DNA of 62,782 nt, filler included, from Globobulimina sp. (GCA_003354225.1; 41 parts of 41 records of this genome joined end to end with filler, not necessarily neighbours in it), one strand, 5' to 3'; counted from the first letter of the whole stretch, positions 37,727 to 50,971 are shown. Translations and numbers: made by a program. The notes: generated by a model not told the origin, from the sequence alone.

Positions 37727-38254
37727 ATGTCCCGTCTTGTCCAAGCAGCCAAACATTATGGATGTCACAAGAAAAGATACAAATTTGAGATGCATATACA
37801 CCGTGTTCTTCTAACCTCTGAAAAACGTAAACTATTCACACGTGTATTATGGAGCAGAGGCAAAAAAAAACAGAAAAAAAGCCACCACAATCAACGTTTT
37901 AAAAGCAAATGGTGTGAAGGTGTAGAAACTTACAACATCGATGAATCCATCTTTGACGAAGCAACCATATATTTCACCTCCAATACAAATCAGATACAAT
38001 CCAAACACATTAAAATCACACTACAAATCCGTGAACGCATCGATGGCAAAGATGTTAAATTTGCCAAATTCGAATTAGATTTATCCAAATATGTCGACAC
38101 CAACTCACCACATCGCATATTTTATCAACGTTTAACGTATCAAAAAGCGCGTAAAAAAGCGCAAGTAATATTCACTATAAAATCCACGGAACTCATGTCC
38201 GATGGAAACATTTCAGAATACACCGATAACGATGACGATAACGATAATGAGTCG
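37727..38254 (+). CDS. NT-C2 (EEIG1/EHBP1-type) domain protein, 5' part
   Basis: KRYKFEMHIHRV..VLWSRGKK..ATIYF..SKHIKITLQ..FAKFELDLSKYV. Confidence 0.75.
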
Positions 38255-38398
38255 NNNNNNNNNNNNNNNNNNNNNNNNNNNNNNNNNNNNNNNNNNNNTT
38301 AATTAATTAANNNNNNNNNNNNNNNNNNNNNNNNNNNNNNNNNNNNNNNNNNNNTAACTATTTAGAAACTAATCATATTCCTCCTTTGCATCGGATTA

Positions 38399-38880
38399 CT
38401 ATTTACAAGCGTTTTTAATAAATAAATGTTTAATAATATATACAACAGCAACGTCAATGAATCCACCGTGTGATAGTCCGTTGTGAGGAGCAGTGATTGG
38501 CGAGATAACAACTACAGAATTATACAAATTCGTAATTTGTGTTTCTATTTGTGTATTATTTGTAAATCTGAAATTTAAATGAATACCATTTGTTTTTACT
38601 AACTGAAGAATTTGGTACTTTGCCCTATTGCTAATTTGAATTTTATTCTTTTGAAAACAAAATATTTTCATCCAAAAATCGGACAAATGTGAATTCGGCA
38701 ATGGTGGAATTTGGTAAATATTATATGTTAATGATATGTGAGATAATGGAGATATTTGAAATGTACATGCTGGGTCCACGTGTTTTTCATTTTCATCATT
38801 CAATATAATTGTTTTTTAATATTGTTGTTGCTGCCTCAATACAATTTTTGAATACATGGTATACATGGTGATGGTGATGG
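38399..38880 (-). CDS. Possible HotDog/PaaI-type thioesterase fragment
   Basis: Beta-rich segment followed by APHNGLSHGGFIDVAV (HGG motif). Confidence 0.35.
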
Positions 38881-39339
38881 CTGTGGCAATTCTGGTAATA
38901 AACGGTGAGTACAGAATATTCTATCAAAAGACATAATTGTTAATGTGAAAAACTTCAAAAAAAAACGATATATCACTGATATATCGAAAAACACAAAAAA
39001 AAGTTGACATGTGCAAGGATTGTATGTACACGCACACAGCCAATAAAGTCATTAAATGGGACCTAAAAATGCCACATAGCTCTATGAATCAATTGTATTT
39101 CACAAACATGACCAGGTAGATTTAAAAATTCTTCTTCTTCCTCCTCCTCATCTGCTTCCTGACTCGTTGATATATTCATTTTCAATGTTTCCAATATATG
39201 TTCCACCTCTCTCGTACACTCGCTTCTTTCCACCAATCTCGCTTCTTTCTTCTCCGTTTCATCAAACTTATCATCATCATCATCATCAAACTTATACTGT
39301 ACAGGTTTAACCAACACAGAAATATCTGGCCATTCTTGA

Positions 39340-39560
39340 TCTGTTCCATTTTGGATTTGTACTACTAAATCGGATGCAGAGTTGTTGGAAGGACCAATAT
39401 CGATTGTTCCAAAGTTGCCGGGTAATCCAGGAACAGTACATACCGTTTCTTTAAATGGATAAACAAATACTTCAGGGATGCCATCGTTTGAAGCGGTAAA
39501 TGTATTGTCGATGGGGTTCTGGTTAAATCCTTCAAAGTCATCACTGTAGGTGCCTGCCTG
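39340..39560 (-). other. Bacterial-type fragment resembling planctomycete TadG-like pilus assembly proteins (probable chimeric insert)
   Basis: DGIPEVFVYP...PGNFGTIDIGPSNNSASDLVVQIQNG; unrelated to the flanking acidic eukaryotic sequence. Recognised from memory, not searched. Confidence 0.4.
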
Positions 39561-39887
39561 TACCGTATGGTTCAAGGATAAAGCGAACAGCCATACGGTA
39601 AGGGACAAGCACTTGAAGTCTTTGTGTTGTTGTTTAGGACGTAAGCTTGAAACTGTAAACATAGGCTCTCCAACGAATTTGATCTCTTATTTTGGGGCAT
39701 TATACGTGATGGCGTTTTGGTAAAACGTGAAGTGCGTTGCTGGAAATTGTGCACTGCATTTAATGTGAAATGAGAATTGTTATAGGGNNNNNNNNNNNNN
39801 NNNNNNNNNNNNNNNNNNNNNNNNNNNNNNNTTAATTAATTAANNNNNNNNNNNNNNNNNNNNNNNNNNNNNNNNNNNNNNNNNNNN

Positions 39888-40256
39888 ACATTTTATTTAT
39901 ATGCAATCAAGAAAGCACAAATTGTTTTAAATTTACAAGAAATATATTATAGGATTAATAATAATAAATTTAAATCATTGGTAATGCATTCAGTGAAAAG
40001 ACAACGTGTTTCAGATATTGTTGATAATGATATTAATTTATTTAAACCATTATTATTTGAATTATTCCCAAATATGAATGAAATAATAATTATTACAGAT
40101 GAATATTCTACATTTAATATTTATAATTTATTATCAATTATTGATTCAGCAATATTACCAAAAACATTTAATCGAATAATAGTTAAAGATGACGGATATA
40201 CTAAATGGTTATTTGGTGTATTTTCAGATGAAATGCGTTGTAAATTCGTTTTGTAA
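39888..40256 (+). CDS. C-terminal fragment of a hypothetical protein
   Basis: Open frame with LFPNMNEIII; a similar FPNL-type motif occurs in other contigs. Confidence 0.35.
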   Translation, partial: TFYLYAIKKAQIVLNLQEIYYRINNNKFKSLVMHSVKRQRVSDIVDNDINLFKPLLFELFPNMNEIIIITDEYSTFNIYNLLSIIDSAILPKTFNRIIVKDDGYTKWLFGVFSDEMRCKFVL

Positions 40257-41612
40257 AATATAATTAATATTTGTTTGTTTGTTGTTTTTTGTCGTTAATT
40301 CAGTTGATTTTATCCGTATACAGTCTATATTTGTTAGACTAATCGAATAAATGTTTAATTATATCAGTCATATTTATGTTGAAAAGGATATAATACAGAA
40401 TTATCTACATTTTTTCTATCATAAAGTTTTTAGAAACCTTGATGAGACGAATAAAATCGATTCAGTTAAATACACTGAATTCTATACACTGCAAAAAGAC
40501 TGCAATACGTATTAAGAGCATTTGAATGATAGGTTTTTCTATCTCATCCAACTGCGTTCTAAGAAACAGTGCGGAGATTTGATTAATCATGCAAACATTT
40601 TCAGTCTTTCATGAACAGATCCGATCTTTATTACAGTATTGAGAAAACCTTGGCTTCTTTGACTCTCTGTTTTTAAACATCACCTAATGCAGAAACCGCG
40701 AAAACAAAGGGTTGTGAACAATGCGTATATAGACATTGATTCTGTCACAATCGAACCGGGCCCTAATTTTAATAATTGGATACCAGCAACCAAAGACAAA
40801 TTAAAGGTATTTATATCACTCTGAAATATGTACACTCGCCACATACTATAATAAAAAGGAACGCGAGAACAAATTATTAGAGGTAAAAATGAGCAAAATC
40901 ACAGCTATCGTAAATCACAAATTAAACACATATCGCAACAACAGTGAACCCTTTAAAATATCGCAAGCTTCGATTCATGAAATATTTGCTGAAATGCACG
41001 CATTTATTGATAAATGGTGCGGTGTGAATGTGTCGAGAGTCAAAAAAGAGCTCAAAACCTTCCGAAATTATTTTGTCATTGGTAAAAGGTGTTGGAATTT
41101 ACAAAAAACAAAGTTAATTGGCGCTGTATTCTGGTTACCAATTTTCAACATTATTCAACTAGTTACTTATTATTCGTATAGTACACTTATTATTCTTTGA
41201 CTATATATATATATATGTACACATATCATAGCACATTGGACGCCAATTTGCTGCGAATGCGATTAGTACCGTTTTGATCCGGGTTGCTAAAGATTTATTT
41301 GATGCAACTGTCAAATTTTCNNNNNNNNNNNNNNNNNNNNNNNNNNNNNNNNNNNNNNNNNNNNTTAATTAATTAANNNNNNNNNNNNNNNNNNNNNNNN
41401 NNNNNNNNNNNNNNNNNNNNGTATACAAGCACTGATATAAACCGTCCAACCTTCCATAGGAATATTCTACGTTTCTCAGACACAAAAGTGCAATATATTT
41501 TACATGATAGCAGAAGAGTTTAATTATTTAAACAAATGTTAGCGAACTATAAATAAAAAAAGCAAACGCAAAATGGAGGTCTATACATAAGAAAACAACA
41601 ACAAAAACAACG

Positions 41613-42074
41613 TTATAATATGGCTATTTTATTTGTAATTGAATTAATTCTCGCAACACAATAAATATTATCAGGGATATGAATGAAATTATATGTAATT
41701 TCTTTCCGATGATTACTGAGTGATTTGATTTTAATTTTCGCAGTTTTTAGTACCATATTCACATAAATTGTGCATTTATTGATGCCATGAAATATTATAC
41801 TCGAATTGGCGTCATTTTGAGTATTATATTTAAAGATATTATTTACATCATTTTTCAAAGGTATATCATCATCGTAACTGCCATTTAATAACATAGCAGA
41901 TCTTTGTCCATTTACTAATACATATTCATTATGATTATATCTATTTTTTTTGGCTTTTTTCTTCCTAAAATTTATATGTTTCATAAATCCAATGGCTGGC
42001 TTCCCATAGATACGCAAATGATATCTTATTATATCTTTATTCTCATAGCATAACATATTATCAATTACTATCAT
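41613..42074 (-). CDS. Hypothetical protein
   Basis: 153-aa ORF, weak SPRY-like beta pattern. Confidence 0.35.
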   Translation of the reverse strand: MIVIDNMLCYENKDIIRYHLRIYGKPAIGFMKHINFRKKKAKKNRYNHNEYVLVNGQRSAMLLNGSYDDDIPLKNDVNNIFKYNTQNDANSSIIFHGINKCTIYVNMVLKTAKIKIKSLSNHRKEITYNFIHIPDNIYCVARINSITNKIAIL

Positions 42075-42186
42075 CTCAGATCTATTCCTTATTCTTCCCT
42101 TAATTTAACACATAATAACGCAATATGTATGGATCAAAATATGCATATTTTATATTAATGCGTACGGATCCATTCACATTCCGTTA

Positions 42187-42853
42187 TTATGTCAACAATA
42201 CCTTAGAAAACATCGCTACATTTTGCTTTTCATCAACATTCGTATTTTGTAACAATAAATTATGATATTTTGCATCATTATCTTCATCGCGATCGTTATA
42301 GTAATGATTTAGTAATGAAAACTCGCAGAATCGATAAAAGCGATATATTGTATGAATTATATGTGATGGGACACGTGGGAATGTATAATATTTTAATTTA
42401 GTTAATCGTATATATCCATTAACTATATTTTTAGAATACGACACTGTATTTTTGTGATATAATATTAATATTTCCTTGTTCACTTTATCCAATATTTTGC
42501 GTAGTCTTTCAATCTCATTTGATATTGAACCAATTAATAATTTATTTGAGTGCATTAGATTTTCATGTTGGGATAGCAATTTATTATAAGTTTCAAACGA
42601 TTTTAAATGTACATTTATATCTTGTTTGCGATAATATTCATCATACGGTAATATATACATTGATTCATTGTAGTCAATACAATAATTATCAATTCCCAAA
42701 ATATCAACTATTCGTTTAAACGATTTTGTCCATGACAATATGCCACTTTTTTTGGCATTTTTTAATAAACCTATATGGTTGGCTAGACGTTCAATTTCAT
42801 CTGCGGAGTTTTGTAATATTTCTACTCGTTTGTTCTCCAATTTTTTTTTTTTT
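42187..42853 (-). CDS. Hypothetical coiled-coil protein, 5' partial
   Basis: Coiled-coil plus IVNGYIR..VPSHIIHTIYRFY motif. Confidence 0.45.
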
Positions 42854-42953
42854 NNNNNNNNNNNNNNNNNNNNNNNNNNNNNNNNNNNNNNNNNNNNTTA
42901 ATTAATTAANNNNNNNNNNNNNNNNNNNNNNNNNNNNNNNNNNNNNNNNNNNN

Positions 42954-44072
42954 CAGTTGCATGCTGTTGGCGAAAATGTTGTGGTTGTCGAAAAAGATCA
43001 GGAGAGTCGCTTCCTGCCGACGGTAAGGGCGATGAAGGTCCCCGTAGTTATCGGTGATATCCGCCATGGACATCGTTGGATTTAATGTGGCATCCAAATC
43101 CGTATCTGCTTCTTCATCCACATCCATATCATTATTGTCTACATCATATATGTCAGATATATCGTTATTATTATTATTAACATCGTTTATATCATCATCT
43201 GCATGGCCTACACTGTTATTATTATCCTGTATGTCATCATTGTCTGGAGTATGGATGTCCAAATCCAATGTATAATCCATATGTTCTGCGTCAGGATCTA
43301 ATGAAAACATTGGCTCATACTTACCATTATTATTATTGTCATCAAAGCGTAATCTGTTCTGACTCATAGCGTGTAGATCTTCCTCTGCATACAATGGTTC
43401 ATTGTTGTCTTGTTGTGTGTTTTCTGGCTCTTTATCGTTGCTAAGAGTATGAACATCATCTTCGTGGTTGAATGTCACCCTTCTTGCGGATGTAGGCATG
43501 TTTGAATCCAATTCATTTATATCTGGCATGTCTGATATATGCGAGTGGAGTGAGTGTGGTGAGTCTGAAGCAGTGTCGTTGTTGTTACTGTTGTTGGTGT
43601 TAGCTTTGTGTTTGAATAATTGTGATGCTCTCATATGTGTTGGCACGGTATAATTATCATAATATTGTGTATTTTGTGTCAATGCGTCACAGCCAATTTC
43701 CTCTGGCATTATGTCCCAAAATTCGTGTAATTTTGTGACCAATTTAGCTAACATCAGATCCTCGTGATTGGCTTCTCTGCGACTGTTTCATTATGAATAT
43801 TATATTCCGAGCTGTGTGCGAAATAAATATAGATAGTTGGCAATAAAACGTAACGATGTTAGGCGTCGACATTGGGGGCATGCAAATTTCCCTTTTTCCT
43901 TTGAACTTTGCAATAACTGTTTGATGCATAATTTGCAATATGAATGCGAACAGGACAAGGTTTGGGGATCACGAAATACACCGAGGCAGACTTGACAGGT
44001 TAATTCCTTTTTTAATCGCTCTAAATTGGCTTTGATATTCTTCTTGAGCAATAATTTTTGTTCAAAAGACAT
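42954..44072 (-). CDS. N-terminal C3HC4 RING protein (BRCA1/BARD1- or TRIM-like); intron 43783-43854; 3' truncated
   Basis: LKKELTCQVCLGVFRDPQTLSCSHSYCKLCI..CPQCRRLT|SRREANHEDLMLAKLV, then a long acidic disordered region. Confidence 0.8.
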
Positions 44073-44486
44073 GGTGCAAACTAACCACGTTTCGCTCAAA
44101 AAACGTTTTTTATTTAAGATGTTTTTAATTTTACTTTGTTAGATTCCATCCTTGAAACCTAATTCTTATATTGTCCTTGAAACCTTTGTATACCGAAAAT
44201 TCAATTATAAATTTGTTCTGGATTTGCAAACCCAAGACAAAGTTAAAATAAATACAGAACAAACTCAAGACAAACCTATAGCAAACTGTTTCTGGATTTG
44301 CAAAACGATATCTGAGATATATCTGATTTACCTATTTGGATCCTGAATAATTGTAGAATTTAGTCAAAAAAGATGGATCCAGATTCNNNNNNNNNNNNNN
44401 NNNNNNNNNNNNNNNNNNNNNNNNNNNNNNTTAATTAATTAANNNNNNNNNNNNNNNNNNNNNNNNNNNNNNNNNNNNNNNNNNNN

Positions 44487-45459
44487 TAAATACCAAAGAT
44501 TCTGAAACATGTCTTTTTGTCTCGCTGTCAATATATTCATTAAACAAGCTTGAAATCGATGATCCGTTATTTAATTTAGTACAAAACAAATCAAATTGAT
44601 CAAGGATTAATATTATTGGTATTTCGTTAAATTTAGAACCATTCACAATTTGCTCAAATACATTGATTGAATGTTGCAAGGCATTAATTTTGTTGCTGTT
44701 TTTCATTGAAATTTGATCAAAATCGTTTAACGACACTACAAAAATGATTGCTGTGGCATCATGAAAAGAATGTAACCATTTCTTAGAATGTTTGTACTTT
44801 GAACCATTCATTGTAACGATATTCATTTGTGAGTGATGGCTGTTGTTTGTTAATGATATTTGAGATACATTGGAATGTGGCATAAGCATAATGTCATCAT
44901 ATGTTGGCGCATAATCATTGTCATTCGATCCGTTCATTACAATATCAATTTTGTCTAAAAAATGTTTGATGCTTTTATTTGAGCAATGTAGCAATTCGCA
45001 GCAGGATTTAATTGGAGTTAAATGCCACAAAATATTAATACAATGTGATATTTGTTGTAAATGGGTATGTTTTTTAATCCACGAGTTAGCAGAGAATTTA
45101 TTTAATGCGGATTGTAACAGTTTGATCATAGTCAAATCAACATTATCAACATTAAATTGTGAGTTATTTATCGGATTATAATCATATAATAATTTAGCTT
45201 TTTTGTATAATTTAAGTATTGACGACACACAGTGTTTACGAATGGATATTATATATTTTGTCATATCATTTGCAGTTGAAATAGTGTGTTGATATTCTAT
45301 TTCTCTTAAAATTCTGAAAGTGTCTGATGATTCTGACCCTAATAATAACAGATTATTATGTCGTTTGTTTTTTGAAACGTTCATTTCTTGCTCAATTTTC
45401 TCTGTTTGGACTCTTTCTTGATCCATTGGACTACATGAAGCGAATGAAGAGTTGCCCAT
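44487..45459 (-). CDS. Heterotrimeric G-protein alpha-like subunit with degenerate G boxes
   Basis: MGNSS start, LLLLG, YAPTYDDIM, KKWLHSFHDATAIIFVVSLNDFDQ, NALQHSINVFEQIVN, PIILILDQFDLF. Confidence 0.85.
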
Positions 45460-46019
45460 GTTTCGTTTTAATGTTTTGCAGTTCACTTCTGAAAACTGTA
45501 ATAAATGACGCATCAAAATATGAATGCATTGAATTTAGACCCACCACATGCAGTCATCCCACCACGTATGTCCTTAAATCCATAACAATACTAAATTTAA
45601 TTATAAAATTAAAAATATTAAATATAATGTCATAAAGTTAAATTATTGAATCAGAATAATGCATATGGGAACAGAATAAAATCACAGATGTTAATTAAGG
45701 ACACAAGCGATTACTTAGCAAAACAAAAAACATATAATAATCCACAAATAGATTTAATTCCTGTGTATTCAACGGGTATTCCGCATCGTCAGATATATCC
45801 GCCAATACACTGGCTCAGATCAATATGTATTGCCACCAACACAGAAATATGGCATGTACCTGAAAATAAGCAAAGTTAGCAGACCAAATAATAATTACAG
45901 GTCACAGAGACGTCGAAGANNNNNNNNNNNNNNNNNNNNNNNNNNNNNNNNNNNNNNNNNNNNTTAATTAATTAANNNNNNNNNNNNNNNNNNNNNNNNN
46001 NNNNNNNNNNNNNNNNNNN

Positions 46020-47452
46020 GACGATATTTCAATGAATTATCTATGGATATTATGTCAAAATAAAGCTATGACTGCGATATGTGCCGTATACTTGAAAAAT
46101 CAAGGCGACCCTGACGCAAATGAAATAAATACGACAATATGTCAACGATTAATGCAACATATAAATTGGTGCAGATTGCATAATTATAAAGTTTTCATTA
46201 TTGGAGATTTTAATGGACATATAGGGAATGATGAATGGGGTATAGAAGACAATCACGAAAATATAAATAATAACGGTTTTATAACTAGAAATTTTATTAG
46301 AGATTCCGATTTAAAATTAATAAATTCAGATAATGCTACTGAAGGGAAATGGACTTGGGGATATAATAAGAAGAATACAAATCCTCAAATTCTAGATATA
46401 GCATTAAGAAGCCCAGATATTATAAATATTAAAACAATTATTGATGAAAAGAATACGATATATGGTAACATTGGCAATAAAGATCACTGCTTTATACATA
46501 GTAAAATAAGTATTAAAGCTAAAGAGAAAATAATACAAAACAAATCAATCAAAGATAAATGGAAAATGAATGATAAAGCCAATTGGCAACAATATAAAGA
46601 AGAAATTAAATTAAATATTAACAATAGAGATGAAAATGAAGAACTGACAGAAAACACTATGTTCAACATTATGGAAGAAGCGGGAACCAGAACGATTGGA
46701 TATAGAGAAAAAATACCAAAAAAACGCAAAGAATCAAAAAAAATTAGACAATTAAATTCAGAAATTAGTAACCACAGAAAAGAATTACGAAAAAATCCAG
46801 ATTTTAAAGGAAATATAATTAATGAACTATTTAAGAAAATTCGAGAAAGACGACAAATTAAGCAACGAGCCGAAATGGCGAGAATAGAAAATGCGCATAA
46901 TAAATGGATTAATAATCCTAAGAGAAAATTCCATCAATTATATGATACTATGAAAACTTTAAAAAGAGGGGTAAGCGAAAAGGTGACATTAATAGACGAA
47001 GATAAAGTACCAATTATTGGTGAAGAAAAAATTAAATCCCATATAACAGATTTTTGGGAAAGTATTTTTACCTTAGGTATATGGCCAGAAGCAAATTCAG
47101 AATTAAAAAGATTAGGAATGAGCGATATTATAAATGGACCAGATAAATTAGATCTAGAAAACGAAATAACTATTAAAGAAATTAAAGATGCAATCCATAA
47201 ACTTAAAAATAACACGTCTGCGGGAACTACTAATATCCCTCCAGAATTTATAAAAAATTGGCCAGAAGAAATGACACATTTGAGTCACTCGCTGTTCAAC
47301 AAATGGTTTGATTCAAGTTATTTTCCTGAAATTGGAAAAACACAGGAAGTAACTTTATTACATAAAAAAGGATCAAAAAGTAAAATTAAAAATTATAGAA
47401 CACTATGTCTTGGATGTAATTTATGTAAATTATATTTATTAATATTAACAGG
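46020..47452 (+). mobile_element. LINE ORF2 fragment: APE endonuclease, linker and start of RT
   Basis: IIGDFNGH, NNNG, WTW, ILDIAL, KDH; EIKDAIHKLKNNTSAG..IPPE, LLHKKG..KNYR. Confidence 0.92.
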
Positions 47453-49085
47453 NNNNNNNNNNNNNNNNNNNNNNNNNNNNNNNNNNNNNNNNNNNNTTAA
47501 TTAATTAANNNNNNNNNNNNNNNNNNNNNNNNNNNNNNNNNNNNNNNNNNNNAATATATTCTGAAATGTGTGGGAATGTAAATAAATGTAAAAAAAAACA
47601 AATAATGGTTTCTATGTCCGTCCACATCAACAATTAGCGGCAAATTAAAGTGCTGTTAGTGTGCAAGGATAAAGGCCAAAGAAAAAATAGTTAAATCCGA
47701 GATCCTTTTGTATGGAAATTATGGTGTTTTTATGCACGTGAAAATAAGTAATGATTAAAATAAGCAATTAAGCACATTTTTGGGCATGGCAACAGATAAT
47801 AACTGTATACCATAACTCTCAGTGTATACCAAGGACGAATCAATAACACCCCTCAGTAATCCAGCAAGTTGAAATAAAAATGTTTTGTATAATTTTTGAG
47901 GCACATACCGATATTTAAAGATTGAAGGTGAACGGTGTTCGATTTTGTTGTTGTGTTTTTTTGGATGTGATAAGAAATTGATTTTTGATTTCAGATTTTT
48001 AATGAATCAGAAATTGAGCAATATTCGATCCACTGAATAAGTCCAATTAATACTATATACACGGCAATAACCAAATAATAGGCCGATTTCAACAGTATTT
48101 GTACCTTATTCTGCGCAACGTTTAATTTGAAGATGTGTCAATTTGATTGTAGATCACTAATAAACAAATAATGTAATGAGTTGTCGTGGAGATTTAATGC
48201 TTCAAAGAACTAGTTGCTCCGAAAAAGTAATTGTTGACGTTTTCAATGAAAACTGTATTTATCAAACAACAAAAACTTACTTTAAGGCTGTATTTCAATA
48301 TTTGGATGATATTGAATGTTCCAGCAAAACAAGTTCATTCTAGCAGAAGAATGGAATCAATGATTCAAGGTTTCAATGTTTGTAGGTCCGACAAAATGCG
48401 ATTATGTTTCTGTCATTACTGCTGATCTGTTGTGAAAATATTACTCAAACCTACAAACTTCTAAACATAAAAAACATGAAACCTAAAACCTCTGCGATAA
48501 ATGCAGTTCTTTCATTATCAAACAAGCCAAAAAGTGATAACACATTCCATCACCTCAACAATGTTAGGTATTCGATCTTATGTTCCCATAATTGAACTTG
48601 TTAACAAGTATATTAAGGAAAAGCATTGATTTTATTGGAGCTTGGTGATGCAAAACGAAGTGTTTCTAACACGTCCTATTCTAAAGCATCAGGCACGATC
48701 CGTTTTCGATTCATTAAAAGCCCGCACATAAGCATTAGGTTCAATTTATATTGCGGCAATATTCAATATAAGAACAACCCCTTATATCCATCTCCTGTAT
48801 GATATTCATTCGAATTGCTTTGTGCTTTACAATTGAACGATGAGTTTTGATACAGGTTAGATAACCATCCCCCTTTGTATACATATCGATCAATATAAAG
48901 TTTGCATTGGGTTTGCGAAAAACCAATTGCAAATGTGCAGTTTGTATTCACTTTGCAAACCGAATGCAAATTTTCTTTTCATAAANNNNNNNNNNNNNNN
49001 NNNNNNNNNNNNNNNNNNNNNNNNNNNNNTTAATTAATTAANNNNNNNNNNNNNNNNNNNNNNNNNNNNNNNNNNNNNNNNNNNN

Positions 49086-49448
49086 GGAATAATATTATCA
49101 TTTTGTTTATTATTAACTGGTCATATAAATGGGACATATATAACACTTGGAATTGGATATTTATTGAGTGCAATTTGTGCATTTACTTTTTTACTGTTAA
49201 GGTTATTATCTGTGACAACATCGAAAATAAAAACATCAGATAAAATTGAATTGAGTTTAATGATTTGTGTTTTAATATTGATATTATTTATTGGTTTTAC
49301 ATATTTTGCGATTGCAGCGAGTAATGAAATAACTGCAGCTGAAACGAGTTGTTATTATGTTGGAATGGGAATTTTTAATATATGTATTGGTATATTTATG
49401 ACTTTTGATATCACATTCAATAAATATTTAATACACCTTCTATGTTAA
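49086..49448 (+). CDS. Multi-TM protein C-terminal fragment
   Basis: Consecutive hydrophobic segments ending at a stop. Confidence 0.35.
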   Translation, partial: GIILSFCLLLTGHINGTYITLGIGYLLSAICAFTFLLLRLLSVTTSKIKTSDKIELSLMICVLILILFIGFTYFAIAASNEITAAETSCYYVGMGIFNICIGIFMTFDITFNKYLIHLLC

Positions 49449-49922
49449 ACAAACAAATGGTATTAAAAGCAAATGTTTCGACATGTTTTTGTGGTCCGGT
49501 TTTAGATTAAATTGTTATATTTGTGTCATCAAATATTGTGGTAATAATTGTAGGCATCTAACGCTTAACAATGCGTTAAATTAAATAGAAAGGAAATTTG
49601 AAATTAAGATTATCCCATAAGACCATACGCTTTGTCAGAAACATAGAATTTGCAGACTTGTTAGACGTTATTGCCATTCATGCCAAACAACAATGATGAA
49701 AAAATTGAGTCGCCTTCCAGTGTCTTGAGCTCCACTATTGAGTTGAAATACTATCCTATACTATTGAGCAGACAGTCACAATCAACTCCAAGCTAATTTA
49801 TTGTGGTGAGCAATCAACTCCAAAAGTTGAAGTCCGATCACCAAAATTAAAATTAGCTCAATAGTTGTGACTGCAGTGAATTGTGCATGCAGATTAGATA
49901 CACGATTGGCTTCGGTATAATT

Positions 49923-50112
49923 GAAAGAAATTCATTCAAGTCAGACTGTCAGAGGTTTGAGAGGTTGAGAGTTCAGAAGTTTAATTATTAATGAAACAAC
50001 AATCCAATTCTACGATACTTTTATCCACCAACTTCTGAACATCCCAACCTCTCAACGCATAAACTTCTGAACCTCTCAACTTCTCAACCTCTGACTTAAA
50101 TACATTCCTTCC
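49923..50112. repeat. MITE/foldback-like element with imperfect inverted arms of about 50-60 bp
   Basis: Left arm ..AAGTCAGA..GAGGTTTGAGAGGTTGAGAGTTCAGAAGTTT is complementary to right arm AAACTTCTGAACCTCTCAACTTCTCAACCTCTGACTT. Confidence 0.65.
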
Positions 50113-50618
50113 ATTCAGCTCAAAAAACGGAAATGGTGCATGTCTACTGTATAAGCTGAAAATAAGAATAAATCGTTTGTTGCCATTTTGACAGATAAGC
50201 TTTAATTGCTGGTCATATCAACAGAAAATTGATATTCTTATATTATTCTCATTGTAACGAAGGATGCACATATTTAGAAGACGGATTTCTACGCTGTCTT
50301 TGCATTATTTGGTGGAATGTTGGTGAAAAAATTGCAATTTGTTGTTGTATGTCATGAGTCAGTGATTTGTTGCCACCGAATCGCAAATTCCAATACTTTG
50401 TGTAATGTGTTTTATTTCCATCAGACGTTTGAAGTTCTATCCAATATCCTTGATGTCTGTTAGCGCGAATAGACGATGTTGTTACATCCGGCAACACTAA
50501 ATTTGGATGAATATTAAANNNNNNNNNNNNNNNNNNNNNNNNNNNNNNNNNNNNNNNNNNNNTTAATTAATTAANNNNNNNNNNNNNNNNNNNNNNNNNN
50601 NNNNNNNNNNNNNNNNNN

Positions 50619-50789
50619 ATATGAGTATAATTTATAATCCGTTGTTAACACAATCCAGCGTTTTCTAAATGTTTTTAGATGAACTGATTCTTTCTCTAAA
50701 TAGCCTTCTTTAATGATATTATTATTATTATTGCTGTTATTGGTTTGGATTAAATTTATTTCATTTGACTTCTTTGAGAAAGCAAACAT
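50619..50789 (-). CDS. PH-domain protein, N-terminal fragment
   Basis: IIKEGYLEKES..KTFRKRWIVL..LYSY. Confidence 0.75.
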
Positions 50790-50971
50790 TAGCTCCTGTT
50801 ACAGAGTGGAGACTTGAGTAAATTTATGATTCCTTCTGAAGTTTTTATATCTAGCTTTGTACCATTACACCTAATCAAAAAATATTCGTCTGTTAAAATA
50901 AAATCCCAACAACAACAAAAAACAAGTGCTATAATTAAATTAAATTAAATAACAAATACAATTAAATAAAG

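Noticed and set aside
15768..38986. Short palindromes downstream of stop codons (about 15768, 21305, 25926, 38966) as a 3'-end signal
   Set aside because: 8-10 bp AT-rich stems are expected by chance in this much AT-rich sequence; no shared consensus.
15818..45459. G-alpha, RGS and 7TM genes as a physical gene cluster
   Set aside because: They lie on separate contigs ordered only by length.
48176..48595. Frame interrupted only by TAG, suggesting a ciliate-type code
   Set aside because: No recognisable protein, and TAA and TGA stops flank it in the same frame.
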